Shown: positions 30,201 through 42,836, counted from the first letter of the stretch. The stretch is DNA of 64,000 nt from Rubripirellula sp. (GCA_012270065.1 JAAXJB010000118.1:7983-71982); one strand, 5' to 3'. Program-made: numbers and translations. The notes: a model not told the origin generated them from the letters alone.

Positions 30201-32154
30201 CAATGCCTGGCTGGGTGGTGTCGTAGACCACGGTGAGGGCCGTTGAAACGTTGCTCGTCTGGCCCCCTACTGTCTGTCTGGCAACCAACTGATAGGTGTC
30301 GTCACCCAGGGCAGCGATATTGCTGGTGGTGATCTGGACACTGGTATCGGAGGCAGTTGCCGTGCCGACAACAGCGCTGCTGGACAAATCAACCAACTCG
30401 ACCGTCGCCCCACTCTGGACACCATCAATTTGAAATGTCAACGCTCCGGAATTGGTCACGTTGTCACTGTCACTCGCCCCGCTATCGTCCGAGGCCAGCA
30501 GGTCCACCGAGGTTGGCGCCGAAGGCCCGGCACTTTCAAAGACAAATGGCACTGTCTGGGTATCACTGTCGCTGATTGAATTCCCGGTGACACCTGTTCC
30601 GGGCCGGACACCGACCCGAACATTGATAACTCCGGTAAAGTCAGTTGCCGGAGTCACTGTTACCAAACCACTGTCGGGATCAACCGCGACACTGCCATTG
30701 GCTGTCGACGAGAGTGACTGTGCGAAATAGGTAACCGCATCCCCCTCGACATCGGTGCTGGCAAGCTGCAGTTCGGCATTGGTGTTCACTGGAGTCGGGT
30801 CGGGGGTCGCAATCTCATTCAACCATGGCTGCGTATTGGCTGTATCGTTGCCGATGGTCACCTGAGTTGTTTCCGAGACTGAATTTCCAGCCTGATCCGT
30901 GACCGTATAGGTCACACTCACTTGCCCTGTGCCCGCACCTGTTGGTCGCAACATCACCACCGAGTTTTCCGTGTCATCAAATACACTGATGGTGGTCATC
31001 TCGATATCAATGTCAGGACGATCGCCGGCGCCCGTGCTCGTTTCACTGATCGCTTCCCGTACGTCGGAGCCCTCGACCAGCTGGCCGAACACGGAGTGAT
31101 TTCCATCAAGGTACCGGGTGGGAACTTCGGTAATGAAGAACTGAGAATTGTTCGTATCGTCGGATGACTTGGCAAACGAAATCACACCGGGTGCTACATG
31201 CAACAATTCGGGATGGAAATCATCATCAAAATTCCCAAGCGTGGAACCACTCGTGCCCGTTCCGGTGGGATCTCCACCCTGAATCATGAAATTATCAATG
31301 ACGCGATGAAAGATGATGCCGTCGTAGAAATTGTTCTGCGCCAGTTCAATCACCCGCCCAGAGGCACGCGGCGCACGCTGCTCGAATAGTTCGAGCACCA
31401 TGTCGTCATAACCTTCCATGTTGATCCTGATCGAACGGTTGCCGGTCAGCACTTGCGCATCAAGCAATGCTGGATCAGAAACTGAGACCGTGACCGTCAA
31501 CGGGCCTCCAAGGGGCGAGTAGGCATCGACGGGCACATGCAGGGGAGCTCCGATGCTGACTGTCCTGTCACCAATCGCAGCGAATGAGGGATCTTCACTC
31601 TGAGGGATCACCACACCGCTTCGGCTGCTCAGTTCAGAAACCGTCAAAACGGATTCTTCACGCGACCCATCTGGGAAAACCCAAGTGGGAAAACTGACAA
31701 TCGAATTGTCCACACCCACCGAGTTCAGCGTTCGGTCCGGATTGGTCACCTCAACAAACGGCAAGAAATCGCCACCATCCTCAAAGAGCTGCTTCTGTTG
31801 AGTACAGGCGGCGCACCAGGCGGCACCGTAGAATTTCACTCCAGCTGAATCAAGGTCCTTGGCAAACTGCACAAGATCGTCAGCTGCCTCTCCCTCGCCC
31901 ATCCCCACGGCTGGAATTTCGGTGGAAGCAACCTCGGAAACCCCGCTGTTGAGATCGGATTCGAGGTCTGGTTCGGTGAACAGCAATTCAAGATCACCCG
32001 CCAACAGCTGACGCTTTTCCAGAGGCTCCAACTGCAAGCGATTGCGAGTCGGATCAGCCTGACGACCATCGCGTCGCGACAGACACTTCCAAAGCTGCTT
32101 GAACAATTGCTGGCGGCGGTTCTGTGGCGAAGATGAATCAGTGGGGAATTGCAT
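27271..32154 (-). CDS. Giant exported peptidyl-prolyl isomerase: planctomycete export motif + thioredoxin-like CxxC + cyclophilin + cadherin/Ig-like repeats + cohesin-like domain
   Basis: RLQLEPLEKRQLLAGD; FYGAAWCAAC; FHRVIDNFMIQGGDP, SQFFIT, LDGNHSVFGQ; repeated VNDPP.AVDD / L.VL.ND / F.G...FTY; ATG 32154. Confidence 0.9.
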   Translation of the reverse strand: MQFPTDSSSPQNRRQQLFKQLWKCLSRRDGRQADPTRNRLQLEPLEKRQLLAGDLELLFTEPDLESDLNSGVSEVASTEIPAVGMGEGEAADDLVQFAKDLDSAGVKFYGAAWCAACTQQKQLFEDGGDFLPFVEVTNPDRTLNSVGVDNSIVSFPTWVFPDGSREESVLTVSELSSRSGVVIPQSEDPSFAAIGDRTVSIGAPLHVPVDAYSPLGGPLTVTVSVSDPALLDAQVLTGNRSIRINMEGYDDMVLELFEQRAPRASGRVIELAQNNFYDGIIFHRVIDNFMIQGGDPTGTGTSGSTLGNFDDDFHPELLHVAPGVISFAKSSDDTNNSQFFITEVPTRYLDGNHSVFGQLVEGSDVREAISETSTGAGDRPDIDIEMTTISVFDDTENSVVMLRPTGAGTGQVSVTYTVTDQAGNSVSETTQVTIGNDTANTQPWLNEIATPDPTPVNTNAELQLASTDVEGDAVTYFAQSLSSTANGSVAVDPDSGLVTVTPATDFTGVINVRVGVRPGTGVTGNSISDSDTQTVPFVFESAGPSAPTSVDLLASDDSGASDSDNVTNSGALTFQIDGVQSGATVELVDLSSSAVVGTATASDTSVQITTSNIAALGDDTYQLVARQTVGGQTSNVSTALTVVYDTTQPGIVSDTANTDANAGTLYTTDLISSEEGSGLVYALVSGPAGATLNSNSGIVNWTPTSEQVGAQTFSFTLTDLAGNVRSDSFTVNVAEAPVAAIRIDLTDLAGNPITSIAAGQEFLMRMVAEDNRSFIDRDGIYGAFADINFDEALVRPKPDTPIQFSPAFTVTRKGSVETGLINELGAVSGATAATNLPESLIATVRMEALATGNVNIISSPADELTSEFLLFGLDNTLPASAVNYGSASLAIGQSFTLNDDTYSLLEDSGDTVLDVLNNDVVDVPGESLTLISASQPTDGGTVTIADGVLTFRPDDDYVGPVVFTYRVTDNGGVQQNATVTVDVTNVNDPPTGVDDAVSVEQNSTGNALNVLQNDEITPDANEDLVITSVSTPSAGGVAEVSEDGMSVSYTPATDFVGDETFTYVVSDGTLQDVATVTVTVAPADNPPTAVDDAYGVMEDAAAGDYVVLANDVRDVDNQDFVLDSVGVPDRGGQAEISADGTELTYTPAPDFNGIEQVPYTIRDSGGGISVGTVTFTVSPVNDVPPIRDLDVNLNRASAQTAVFNMSDLPANVDAGETLIINVQSDTAAGGTAVVDVETQGILYTPPTPEFVGTDTITYTVGDGTETSTGTITVQVTDFETRTIVVDMNQASGGPRVSGIVLRGTNVLGEVVEVPLGTDDGENDFGDLMPGDYSIEVPANPFMQGGDEAKTIPVTSLPEDGDVTIDLDVGRLKSRYVKISDFFGSATRQSILVAVQPGESSVLTIASPEVDVEVTNVDLDPDTGAVTVQAVRTETDEQGTVTEENVEALGSVDDAQRVETRGVAGEYRLLKIRLDDRGLNFNPVVTTPPAGDPEGEFLPPADADGGAVPMVSSPLTVGDIQAEGESMAAFAVTQADLFVPAADDQSTRTDAAVLANEHGELWLGETLRDDGNKHSEMQAGPQVVDQVMQNVAEELSIIKSAGDDLATRDPLSDSLHESSIDAALGSEI

Positions 32155-32643
32155 GATCAATCTCAAAAAGAAGCCAGAAAGAGGCAGGAAAATGAATCAC
32201 GAAACATGGACATTTAGGGACCGAATCTGCCTGCAGAAAGCTGTCATCGGTTAACCGTCGGCAACGCACAGGCGTCAGGACGAACAAATCCCGCACGACC
32301 CCTACGCTTTAACACACCGGAAAAGGCAGTGATTTTCAGGAAATCGAGTGAAAACGGGGTTTTGGACGAGAATTGCACGCCAAACGCTCGAAATTTCAGA
32401 CGCAGCAATCAACCCATGTGTTCCACATTATAACTGCTCAGATGACATTTCACCCGGAAACATTCTGCGCCAAAGTCGAGAATGGTCGCCCGGGATCAGC
32501 CCGCCCCTCATCCCCCCACACATCGTGGTATGTGTTGTCTGTGGAGAAGCCTTCTGGAGCGAATGATGTCGTCAGCAGCACGCCAGACTTCCGGTGTTTC
32601 CTGCCGTGACTGGCGTTCGGCGAGCTCCGAACCGGTCGGCAAC

Positions 32644-33090
32644 CTATCCACGGGAGTCCGATTCATAACGATTGGGACCCAAGGCAACGCTCTCCTCAAG
32701 ACCGTTCTGCGTCTTGAATACCACTGCCAGCTGGGATTCGATCCGCGATCGTTCGTCTCCAGTCAGCTGCTCACGAGTCTCTCGACGCACGAGTTCATCA
32801 TCCAGGTATTCGATCGCCAATTGACTGATCAATGCCGACGAGACGATGGCGATGCCGAGAATCCGGACCGCAGGATGTGGAAGCCGTACAACGCGTTTGC
32901 CAACCATGAAGGCGATCAATTGAAATCCCCTTAAGCTGACTTGAACACGCTCGATGGTGTCCGTTGGAAGCTCCTCAACAGCGTCTGACACCCTCTCACT
33001 CGCCATTTCAATGGGATCCCCATTACAGCCAGAGACGAGGTATCCAGTCCCGGCCAGCATCATCAATAATTCTCTTCGTTGCATTTCCAT
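32644..33090 (-). CDS. Hypothetical lipoprotein with twin-arginine-like signal
   Basis: MQRRELL + hydrophobic core + VSGC lipobox; GAGGAAGGTG Shine-Dalgarno upstream; internal hydrophobic helices. Confidence 0.65.
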   Translation of the reverse strand: MEMQRRELLMMLAGTGYLVSGCNGDPIEMASERVSDAVEELPTDTIERVQVSLRGFQLIAFMVGKRVVRLPHPAVRILGIAIVSSALISQLAIEYLDDELVRRETREQLTGDERSRIESQLAVVFKTQNGLEESVALGPNRYESDSRG

Positions 33091-33236
33091 CACCTTCCTC
33101 TTCTCATGCACCACCTGATTTGAAGTCCAGCCGCTCGTACTGGCGGCTCAACGCGGATGCTCCGATGATCAATTGCTAGGTCGCAAAAACTGGAAAACCG
33201 GTCACTGTTTCTTTGACAAAACAAGAATTCGGCTGT

Positions 33237-33584
33237 TCAGGGTCGCTGCGTCTGCTCCGCGATGCATTGCCCCCACATGCCGGAATGTTTATTCACGACA
33301 AGATCCCCCAGGACTGATGCCTGACAAGCAAGTCGAAGACCGGTACCAGATCGGTGTGGCGGAAACCCGAGCCGCCACTTTTCGATCTTTGTCATGGGAC
33401 TGAGCGGTCCCTCGACCTGAACGGCACAGGTACCACAGGTGCCCAACCCCCTGCAATGCGTCACGGTACTGATCCCGTTGTACAAATCGCTCTTCAGGGA
33501 CGGCTTCTGTTGCATCAGAACTGAACGGAGATTTTCTCCCTTTTCACAGAGGATCGTCTTACCCGCAAACTTTATCGACGGCAT
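33237..33584 (-). CDS. 2Fe-2S ferredoxin-like protein
   Basis: CRGLGTCGTC...RLACQ four-Cys pattern. Confidence 0.9.
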   Translation of the reverse strand: MPSIKFAGKTILCEKGENLRSVLMQQKPSLKSDLYNGISTVTHCRGLGTCGTCAVQVEGPLSPMTKIEKWRLGFPPHRSGTGLRLACQASVLGDLVVNKHSGMWGQCIAEQTQRP

Positions 33585-33741
33585 CAGCATCTCCGATCAA
33601 AGCTTCACGCTTGTTTACGCTTGAACAAATTCGTTCCCCTATCAGCATCACAATCACATCGCCCAACGGAACGAAAACAAACGGTACAAGGAACTCCGGT
33701 AATACAACCTTTGCGTGGGAACCATGCCAGCATACTCTGCC

Positions 33742-34659
33742 TCAGGATTGCTCGGCTTCCGCTTCAGCCACACGCAATGCCTCGGCCAGTTCCTGGATCT
33801 GCCCAACCGGCAATTGTTCGGCTCTGACGCTCGCATCGTGCCCAAGTTTCGCCAGAATATGATCTAACTGCGTTTTTTCCAGACGTCCTTTCATCGCACT
33901 GATAACCACGCTGCGAAGAAACTTGCGTCGGTGAAAGAACAGCGCCCGTACGGTTTGATGAAAATGCCCAAGGTCTGCAAAGGCATTTCGACGCTCGGGA
34001 GCAAGATCGAGTTTCAGAACGGCTGAGTGGACTTTGGGTCTGGGCCAGAAAACCGTGGGCGGCAAAATGCGAACAACTTCGCAGTCACAAAGGGACTGAA
34101 TCCAGACGCTCAAGGCGCCATAGTCCTTGCTACCGGGGGCAGCCACGATTCTATCTCCCAGCTCTTTCTGAATGGTCACGACCATGCAATCAGGCGGGGG
34201 CGTCTCATGCAGAAGATTGCTGATGATGGGTGTCGCCACATTGTAGGGCAGGTTTGCCACGAGCAGAAAACGCGCTTCCTCACCAATCCTTTCCATGGCG
34301 CTGCGAATCTGTTCCATCAGATCATCCCGAAGCGAATTCTTGTTCCTCAACGCATCGCCATGAATCAGCCGGACGTTGGCCCGCCCCTCCAACTCCTCGC
34401 CGGCCAACTGGTGCAAGTTCGCGTCAATTTCGACACTCAGGACAGCTCCAGCACGATCCGACAGACGACTGGTCAAGGAACCAACCCCCGTGCCGATTTC
34501 GAGAACGACGTCAGTTTTGGTCAGATTCGCAGAATCTGCAATCAAGTCGATCAGGTTCAGATCAATGAGAAAGTTCTGGCCATACCTCGAAACAGGGCGA
34601 AGCCCAGCTGCGGCCAGACGTTTGGAAAGATACGTAGCGGTTTGGCGCGGTTGGTTCAA
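33742..34659 (-). CDS. rsmA: 16S rRNA m6,2A1518/1519 dimethyltransferase
   Basis: [60 protein letters not shown]. Confidence 0.96.
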   Translation of the reverse strand: MNQPRQTATYLSKRLAAAGLRPVSRYGQNFLIDLNLIDLIADSANLTKTDVVLEIGTGVGSLTSRLSDRAGAVLSVEIDANLHQLAGEELEGRANVRLIHGDALRNKNSLRDDLMEQIRSAMERIGEEARFLLVANLPYNVATPIISNLLHETPPPDCMVVTIQKELGDRIVAAPGSKDYGALSVWIQSLCDCEVVRILPPTVFWPRPKVHSAVLKLDLAPERRNAFADLGHFHQTVRALFFHRRKFLRSVVISAMKGRLEKTQLDHILAKLGHDASVRAEQLPVGQIQELAEALRVAEAEAEQS

Positions 34660-34741
34660 GCGGAATGCCGTTGGGAAGTGATGGGTGATGTTTGATGATG
34701 GGTAAGTTCAGATCTGCTACCGCCGAGGGCGGATTGGATAG

Positions 34742-35341
34742 TCAGGACTCGCTGGCGAATCCCAATGATCGTTCGACGTACTTGGCAAGAACATCCGTTT
34801 CCAGATTCACCGCGTCGCCGACTTTTCTGTTGCCAAGTGTGGTGACTTCCAGCGTGTGCGGAATCAAAGCCACGGAAAAGGAGTCGCGGTCCGCATCAAC
34901 GACTGTCAAACTGATTCCGTCGATGGCAATGCTGCCTTTGGCAGCGACCTGCGAGGCAAGCCGCTGGGGCATCTGAAACCGCAGATGAGCCCAAGGCGGA
35001 TCCTCCCGCCGCTCCACCAATTTACCGATGGCATCAATGTGCCCCGTAACATAATGCCCTCCCAGTCGATCTCCGACTGCCAGCGAGCGTTCCAGATTGA
35101 CAACCGAACCAGTGTCCAAATCGCCCAGATTGGTTCGGGACAGTGTCTCTTCACCTGCCTCGAAATCAAGCCGCGTTCCATCGATCGCGATGACGGTCAG
35201 ACAACACCCATTGATTGAAATGCTATCGCCCAATCTTGCGTCCTCAGCAAGATCGCCAGCTTCGATCGTGAACCGCCGGCCGGGCGGCTGCTCGATCACC
35301 ACAGCAATTTCAGCAACGGTTTCAACCAATCCTGTAAACAT
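34742..35341 (-). CDS. ribE: Riboflavin synthase (alpha chain)
   Basis: MFTGLVE N-terminus, GDSISINGCCLTV, VNLERSL, GGHYVTGHID, KGSIAIDGISLTV, VNLETD. Confidence 0.97.
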   Translation of the reverse strand: MFTGLVETVAEIAVVIEQPPGRRFTIEAGDLAEDARLGDSISINGCCLTVIAIDGTRLDFEAGEETLSRTNLGDLDTGSVVNLERSLAVGDRLGGHYVTGHIDAIGKLVERREDPPWAHLRFQMPQRLASQVAAKGSIAIDGISLTVVDADRDSFSVALIPHTLEVTTLGNRKVGDAVNLETDVLAKYVERSLGFASES

Positions 35342-35471
35342 CCATCACCACCAAGGGAAAAATTCGTGACAAAGATGCCCAATAGCGGCACCTATATTAA
35401 CACAAGGGATTATGGGAGCAGATACGTACGTTGGAAAACGCTTGGCGGGTAGCCACTCCAACGTGCATTGA

Positions 35472-36812
<1,341 letters not shown>

Positions 36813-36902
36813 TCTGCAGATTGCTGCAAACGACCGGCAACGCACAAGAACGGTGCTACCAGAATCAATCGCCCCGGCTTGTGCCGCGAAACCGGAATGC
36901 CA

Positions 36903-37469
36903 ATGTACCGACTACTCGTCGAAGAACCGCTCATCGTCTCATTGATGCTTGGGACGATGGGCCTTGGATTACTTTACGGCTGGCTGCGTAACGGCAACAA
37001 GCATGTCGCCATGGCAGGCTTGATTCTGGTCGCCTTGATTCCGCTCGCATGGCTCATTGCCGGCCAGGTGGAAACAGACCGTGAGCAGATCGAGCGTCTG
37101 ATCTACGAGCTTGCCGATGCCGTGGAACGCAACGATCACGACACCGCTGTGTCCGTGATTGCGGATCCTGAACTCGAAAATCTGGCGCGGCTTGAGTTGC
37201 AGAACTGGACGTTCGCACTGGCCAAGGTGACGCAGATCAACAAAATCCGTGTGATCGAAGACACTTACCCGACACAAGCGGACGTTGAAATGGTGGTAAA
37301 AGTCCGGGTCAGTGGAAAAGGAGGCAGAGGCGTCCAGAACGCGCAAATCCCTCGCAAACTGCTGCTGACACTCGAAGAAGACGGCGATGACTGGCTCATC
37401 ACCGAATATCAGCATCTACCTGTCGTCGGTGGCCCAGACCAGTTCAGCAAGCGTGGATCAGGAAGCTGA
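36903..37469 (+). CDS. Hypothetical membrane protein (2 TM + possible NTF2-like domain)
   Basis: Two N-terminal hydrophobic helices and a soluble alpha/beta C-terminus ending W.I.EY; co-oriented between eno and tmk. Confidence 0.7.
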   Translation: MYRLLVEEPLIVSLMLGTMGLGLLYGWLRNGNKHVAMAGLILVALIPLAWLIAGQVETDREQIERLIYELADAVERNDHDTAVSVIADPELENLARLELQNWTFALAKVTQINKIRVIEDTYPTQADVEMVVKVRVSGKGGRGVQNAQIPRKLLLTLEEDGDDWLITEYQHLPVVGGPDQFSKRGSGS

Positions 37470-37603
37470 GTGTCCGACGGAAACGGAACCCCAAAAGGTA
37501 CTTCAGACAGATGCAATCAGTGCTGATGCGTTGCAAGATCCGGCACAATAAAATCTCGCCTGCCACTTACCTTACGATTCAAACGCTCGATTAATGCCTC
37601 GCT

Positions 37604-38218
37604 ATGTTCATCACACTCGACGGAATTGACGGTGTCGGAAAGTCGACTCAAATCAAACGGTTGCTTGGCTATTTCGAGGAAATCGGCGAGGAAACCCTGC
37701 TCGTTCGTGATCCCGGCACGACCAGAATTGGTGGAAAGCTACGGGAGCTTCTGCTGGAAAGTGATCTGGAACTGCACCGCAGAACAGAAGCCATGCTTTT
37801 CATGGCGAGCCGCTGCGAAATGGTCGAAACGGTCCTGCTTCCAGCAATCGCTGACGGCAAGACCGTGATCTCCGACCGGTTTCTTCTCGCCAACGTGGTG
37901 TATCAGAGCGTCGGCGGCGTTGTTCAACCGGATCTTCTGTGGAAGATGGGGCGTCTTGCAAACGGTGGCCTGATGCCCGATCTGACAATCCTGCTTGACA
38001 TGCCAGCCCAGCGATCGATGGAGCGCCTCGGTAACGAAAAGGATCGCATGGAGAGCCGGGGTGTGGACTACATGGAAGAGGTACGCCAGGCGTTTCTGCA
38101 ACAATTACCTCACAGCAGCGACAACACTCTGGTTATCAATGCAGACCAGTCTCCCGAAGACGTGAGCCGTGAGGTGTTGGCAAAAGTCAAAGAGATTCTG
38201 GATGAACGCCGAGCATGA
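37604..38218 (+). CDS. tmk: Thymidylate kinase
   Basis: FITLDGIDGVGKSTQ P-loop, RDPG, E.MLFMASR, VISDRF, YQ, PDLTILLD. Confidence 0.97.
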   Translation: MFITLDGIDGVGKSTQIKRLLGYFEEIGEETLLVRDPGTTRIGGKLRELLLESDLELHRRTEAMLFMASRCEMVETVLLPAIADGKTVISDRFLLANVVYQSVGGVVQPDLLWKMGRLANGGLMPDLTILLDMPAQRSMERLGNEKDRMESRGVDYMEEVRQAFLQQLPHSSDNTLVINADQSPEDVSREVLAKVKEILDERRA

Positions 38219-38248
38219 TTTCGCTGATGCAGGGAATGCAGACTTTCA

Positions 38249-39697
38249 TCAAGTCAAAATGTCGCGTATCACTTTTCCTTCAACATCGGTCAAGCGGAAC
38301 TGACGTCCCTGATACCGGAATGTCAACCGTTCATGGTTGATGCCCAGCAGATGCAGTAGTGTGGCATTGAAATCATGCACATGCACCGGATTCTCCGCGA
38401 TGGTGTATCCAAGGTCATCCGTTTCGCCATAACTCATACCGCCTCGCGTTCCCCCGCCGGCAAGCCAAACAGTGAAGGCATCCTTGTGGTGGTCCCGCCC
38501 CGCCTTATCCGCATTCTTCGTTCCCTGCGCAAACGGCGTCCGACCGAATTCGGATGACCAAACCACAAGTGTGGAGTCCAACAATCCCCGTTGACGCAAA
38601 TCACGTATCAAAGCTGCGATCGGCTGATCGACCTGTTTGGCTTTCTTGGCCACATTCGAAAAGACGGAATTGTGCGAGTCCCATCCCTGATCAAACAGTT
38701 GGACAAAACGCACACCACGCTCTACCAAACGCCGAGCCAGCAGACAGTTGTTGGCAAAGCTGGTCTTGCCCGGCTGTGTTCCGTAAGCGTCATGCACCGT
38801 CTGGGGTTCACTGGAAATGTCCATCAGTTCTGGCACTGATGTCTGCATGCGATAAGCCAACTCGTATTGGCTGATTCTTGTAGCAATCTCCGGGTCACGC
38901 ACGTCAGCCAATTGGGCGCGGTTCATGGCATTGACGGTATCGATGATTCTTTTGCGTGAACTTGGCTCAACGCCCTTGGGATTGGAAAGAAACAGAACGG
39001 GATCGCCTGCAGAGCGGAACTCAACCCCCTGATAGACACTGGGCAGGAATCCGCTTCCCCACGCGGGACTACCTGCTCCCAGGACATTTCCGGTAATCAA
39101 CACGACAAACCCGGGCAGATTTTCATTCTCGGAACCGAGTCCGTAATTCACCCATGATCCAATGCTCGGACGGCCGAATTGCCCAAATCCACTCATCATG
39201 AACATTTGGGCCGGCCCATGATTGAATTCATTGGTGTGCATCGATTTGATGAGCGTCAATTCGTCAGCGACACCTTGCAAATGCGGCATTAAATTCGAAA
39301 TGGGCAATCCGGAATCACCAGATCGGGTGAAACGGTGCTGGGGGTTGTCGGGAGTACCGAGCAACGTGGGAAGATCACGTACGAACGCAAATTTTCCTGC
39401 TTCGAATAATTCTGCGGGACAGTCTTCACCAGTCCGTCTCTGAAGTTCGGGCTTCAGGTCAAACAGATCAAGATGACTGGGAGCTCCCACCATGTGAAGG
39501 TAAATGACATTCTTCACCTTGGCCGGAAAATGCGACTTTCTGACGGGATCAGATCGGTCCGGCTGACCTTTGCCGATAGCATCAGGTGAACCGGCATCAG
39601 CCAGACGCAGCAGTTGCGTCAGCGCAACGCCGCCCAAACCGAATCCGGCCCGCTGAAACAGCGTTCTCCGCCCCAAGGGTGTTGGTTCTACATTCAT
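38249..39697 (-). CDS. DUF1501 domain protein (Tat-like signal)
   Basis: GRRTLFQ; [84 protein letters not shown]. Confidence 0.92.
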   Translation of the reverse strand: MNVEPTPLGRRTLFQRAGFGLGGVALTQLLRLADAGSPDAIGKGQPDRSDPVRKSHFPAKVKNVIYLHMVGAPSHLDLFDLKPELQRRTGEDCPAELFEAGKFAFVRDLPTLLGTPDNPQHRFTRSGDSGLPISNLMPHLQGVADELTLIKSMHTNEFNHGPAQMFMMSGFGQFGRPSIGSWVNYGLGSENENLPGFVVLITGNVLGAGSPAWGSGFLPSVYQGVEFRSAGDPVLFLSNPKGVEPSSRKRIIDTVNAMNRAQLADVRDPEIATRISQYELAYRMQTSVPELMDISSEPQTVHDAYGTQPGKTSFANNCLLARRLVERGVRFVQLFDQGWDSHNSVFSNVAKKAKQVDQPIAALIRDLRQRGLLDSTLVVWSSEFGRTPFAQGTKNADKAGRDHHKDAFTVWLAGGGTRGGMSYGETDDLGYTIAENPVHVHDFNATLLHLLGINHERLTFRYQGRQFRLTDVEGKVIRDILT

Positions 39698-39710
39698 GAC
39701 CTGGTCACAT

Positions 39711-42700
39711 TCACTGGTTCATGGTTTCATCAAGATTCAGAATGGCGTTGGCAACGGCAAACCACGCTGCGAGTTCCAACTGGTCATCCGTTCGCAATTT
39801 CAGACTTGGTACGGAAACATTGGTTCTTGCCTTGACCAATTGTGGCTGCTTCTTCAATTCCTGTCTTTCGCTGGACAACAAATCCATCAGGATTTCAGAT
39901 TCCTGGTCATTCGCGTCCCGCGATACCGCCAGTTTCAGAGCATAGCGTACACGGTCACGATCATCGGTCGAAGGCGATTCACTGATCACTCGATCGGCAA
40001 ATGCCAACGCCATCTCAACATAAGCAGGATCATTCAAGAGAGTCAGAGCCTGCAGTGGCGTGTTACTTCGCCCTCGGCTTACGGTGCAAGTACCACGATC
40101 AGGAGCGTCAAAATTGATAAAGCTGGGATAGGGGGCAGCTCTCTTCCAGATCACATACGCTCCCCTTCGAAAACGATCTTCGTCTGTGGCGGCAATCCAC
40201 TTGGGTTGATTTCGTCCCACGCTGCGCCAAATCCTGTCTGGCTGGTATGGCATCACCGGCGGACCGAACATTTTATCCGACAACAGACCACTGATTGCCA
40301 ACGCATTGTCCCGGATCATTTCAGCAGGAAGCCGAAACCGCGGCCCACGCCACAGGTAGCGGTTCGAAGGATCAGTCGATGCGGAGGGCCCGGTCATTTC
40401 AGATGATCGCTGGAAAGCAGCCGACAAAACCATCAACCTGTGAAGATGCTTCATCGACCAACCTGAAGCAATCAACTCACTGGCAAGCCAATCCAGAAGT
40501 TGAGGATGACTGGGAGATTCGGATTGTGTGCCGAAGTCCTCGAGAGTGGGGACAATCCCCGCTCCGAAAAGCTCTGCCCACCATCGATTCACGGTAACAC
40601 GTGCGAGCAAGGGATTTGTTTCGGAGGTCAACCAGCGAGCGAGTTCCATACGGTCTCCCGAAGCAGTGACCGCGTCATCCCGAGGTAGCGTCTCGGGAAT
40701 CCCTGCCTGCACGGACTCCCCACGATTTTCGTAATCGCCGCGAAGCATCACAAAGGTCTCTCGCGGACTTTTCATTTCCTGCATGACAAGCGTCGTCTCG
40801 GGCACGACCTTTCTGAGTTCAGCCTCGGTCTTTTTGATGACCTTGTCTATCTCGATCAGACGCTGATCCGTCTTGTCGTATTCAACACGAAACAATTTTC
40901 GTTGACGCTTTGACAGTTCCTGACCGTTGAGCATGCTGCGTAATGATTCCGGCAGCACCAATGATTCAGATGGCTGCGTACTGACTGAAACTCTTGGTTT
41001 GCCTGCGACGCGTCCGTTACCATAATACTGGCCCAGCTTCACACGGAAGGTCTCGGACTCCGGATCCAGCAACATTGGTTCAGCAAGAAAAAAGATAGCC
41101 CAATGAGGTTTTCCGAATTGCCCGCCAATCGCCCAACCTGTCTTCGGTTCTCCGTCGATCGCTTTTGCCACGTCCCAATTTGGCTGGGAATAATCTGCCA
41201 CAGCTCCCGAAAGGGTCACATTTTTACTCTCTTCGCCATCCATGACCGTGCAGGTTACTTCGCTGAGAATCACATTCGGCCGAGCGGCATCGCCACGTCC
41301 CGGACCCGAACCCGGGATTCTGTCATCAGTCAGGATTTCCACGCGAATCGCGGTGATGGGTTTGGCTGGAGGTTTCAGCAAGAACTCATGATCAACCGTT
41401 GGCGGCACTTGGCCAGTCAACAACACAGAGCCATCCGACTGCAGACTCACGGTTTCTTTACCGGATGTCTGGAAATCCTTGATCACAACCGGCTCCCAGG
41501 ACGGTGCGACCTGATCCGCCAGTTGCTTCAACCAGACTTCAAACCGGGAATCTGACGTTTTCACCACCTGAGCGCGTTCCGCACGAAGTTCCTTCAGCTT
41601 TGCATTGAGAGTGGCAAGCTTCTGTTGACGTTCTTCTTCCAGAGGCAAATCCATTTTGGGGCCATAGAAGTCCCAGGTAACCCCTGAAGTCTGTTTGACC
41701 TCCAACGGAGTGTTATTGAAGAAAGCAAAAAAACGATAGTAATCTTTTTGAGAAAAAGGATCGTACTTGTGATCATGACATTGAGCACATTCCAATGTCG
41801 TTCCCAGAAAGACCGTTGCTGTCGTGTTGACACGATCGACAACCTGATTGACCCGATTCGCTTCCGGATGGACGCCAGCTTCGACATTGCAAGTGGTCAT
41901 ACGGTGGAATCCCGTGGCGATTTTCTGATCCGAAGTAGCATTCGGGCGCAAGTCCCCGGCCAACTGATCGGTCACGAATTCATCGAAAGGCATCCCTTGA
42001 TTGAATGCCCGGATCACCCAGTCACGGTAGGCCCAGTTATCACGAATTTGATCTGCCTGGAATCCGTTGCTATCGGCATAGCGGGCAAGATCCAGCCACG
42101 GCACAGCCCAGCGTTCTCCATATCGAGGGCTCGCCAACAGACGGTCAATCAGGCGTGCGTATGCCACGTCGGCACCTGAAGCACGAGAATCACCGATGAA
42201 TGCATCAAGCTCGTCAACAGTGGGTGGCAATCCGATCAACGCCAGAGAAGCCCGTCGAGCCAGAGAAGCCAACTGCAATGATTCGTTTGCAGTCAGCCCC
42301 TGCCTTTGAAGCTGTTGATCGATGAAGTGATCAATGACTTTTTCGGACTCAGTCGCGTCTGGGACCTGCGGACGTTGGATCGGTTGATAAGCCCAATGCC
42401 TTCCGTCCAGATCTTTTTCAGACCACTTTGCTCCCTGGTCAATCCATCGACGCAACAAATTGATTTCCTGCTGCGTCAGCGGTTCTCCATCAAGCGGCAT
42501 CAAATCCCCCGCATCGGGATCACTCACCCTGCTAATCAACAGACTCTTGATCGCTTGGCCGGGAACGACAATTGGCACTTCCGAATCTGCTTCGCCCAAC
42601 ACGTCCATCCGTCGAGTCAGTTGAAGCCCGCCCTCAGTATTCTTTTCACCGTGACAGCGTTCACAGTGCCGTCGCAACAATGGTTGAATTTGCTCCGAAA

Positions 42701-42836
42701 AATCAACGGTATTGTTTTCCAAGCCAGTATTTCCCTGAGCGACCGCGCACTCAACACACAGCTGCCCGCAGGAAAAAAGAATCAAAAAAACAATACTGAC
42801 GAATCGCAACACTTGCCAATTACCGGGATAAGACAT
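39711..42836 (-). CDS. PSD1/planctomycete cytochrome c protein (PSCyt1 + DUF1549 + discoidin-like insert + DUF1553)
   Basis: CERCH and CAQCH heme motifs; [19 protein letters not shown]; [34 protein letters not shown]; ATG 42836. Confidence 0.92.
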   Translation of the reverse strand: MSYPGNWQVLRFVSIVFLILFSCGQLCVECAVAQGNTGLENNTVDFSEQIQPLLRRHCERCHGEKNTEGGLQLTRRMDVLGEADSEVPIVVPGQAIKSLLISRVSDPDAGDLMPLDGEPLTQQEINLLRRWIDQGAKWSEKDLDGRHWAYQPIQRPQVPDATESEKVIDHFIDQQLQRQGLTANESLQLASLARRASLALIGLPPTVDELDAFIGDSRASGADVAYARLIDRLLASPRYGERWAVPWLDLARYADSNGFQADQIRDNWAYRDWVIRAFNQGMPFDEFVTDQLAGDLRPNATSDQKIATGFHRMTTCNVEAGVHPEANRVNQVVDRVNTTATVFLGTTLECAQCHDHKYDPFSQKDYYRFFAFFNNTPLEVKQTSGVTWDFYGPKMDLPLEEERQQKLATLNAKLKELRAERAQVVKTSDSRFEVWLKQLADQVAPSWEPVVIKDFQTSGKETVSLQSDGSVLLTGQVPPTVDHEFLLKPPAKPITAIRVEILTDDRIPGSGPGRGDAARPNVILSEVTCTVMDGEESKNVTLSGAVADYSQPNWDVAKAIDGEPKTGWAIGGQFGKPHWAIFFLAEPMLLDPESETFRVKLGQYYGNGRVAGKPRVSVSTQPSESLVLPESLRSMLNGQELSKRQRKLFRVEYDKTDQRLIEIDKVIKKTEAELRKVVPETTLVMQEMKSPRETFVMLRGDYENRGESVQAGIPETLPRDDAVTASGDRMELARWLTSETNPLLARVTVNRWWAELFGAGIVPTLEDFGTQSESPSHPQLLDWLASELIASGWSMKHLHRLMVLSAAFQRSSEMTGPSASTDPSNRYLWRGPRFRLPAEMIRDNALAISGLLSDKMFGPPVMPYQPDRIWRSVGRNQPKWIAATDEDRFRRGAYVIWKRAAPYPSFINFDAPDRGTCTVSRGRSNTPLQALTLLNDPAYVEMALAFADRVISESPSTDDRDRVRYALKLAVSRDANDQESEILMDLLSSERQELKKQPQLVKARTNVSVPSLKLRTDDQLELAAWFAVANAILNLDETMNQ

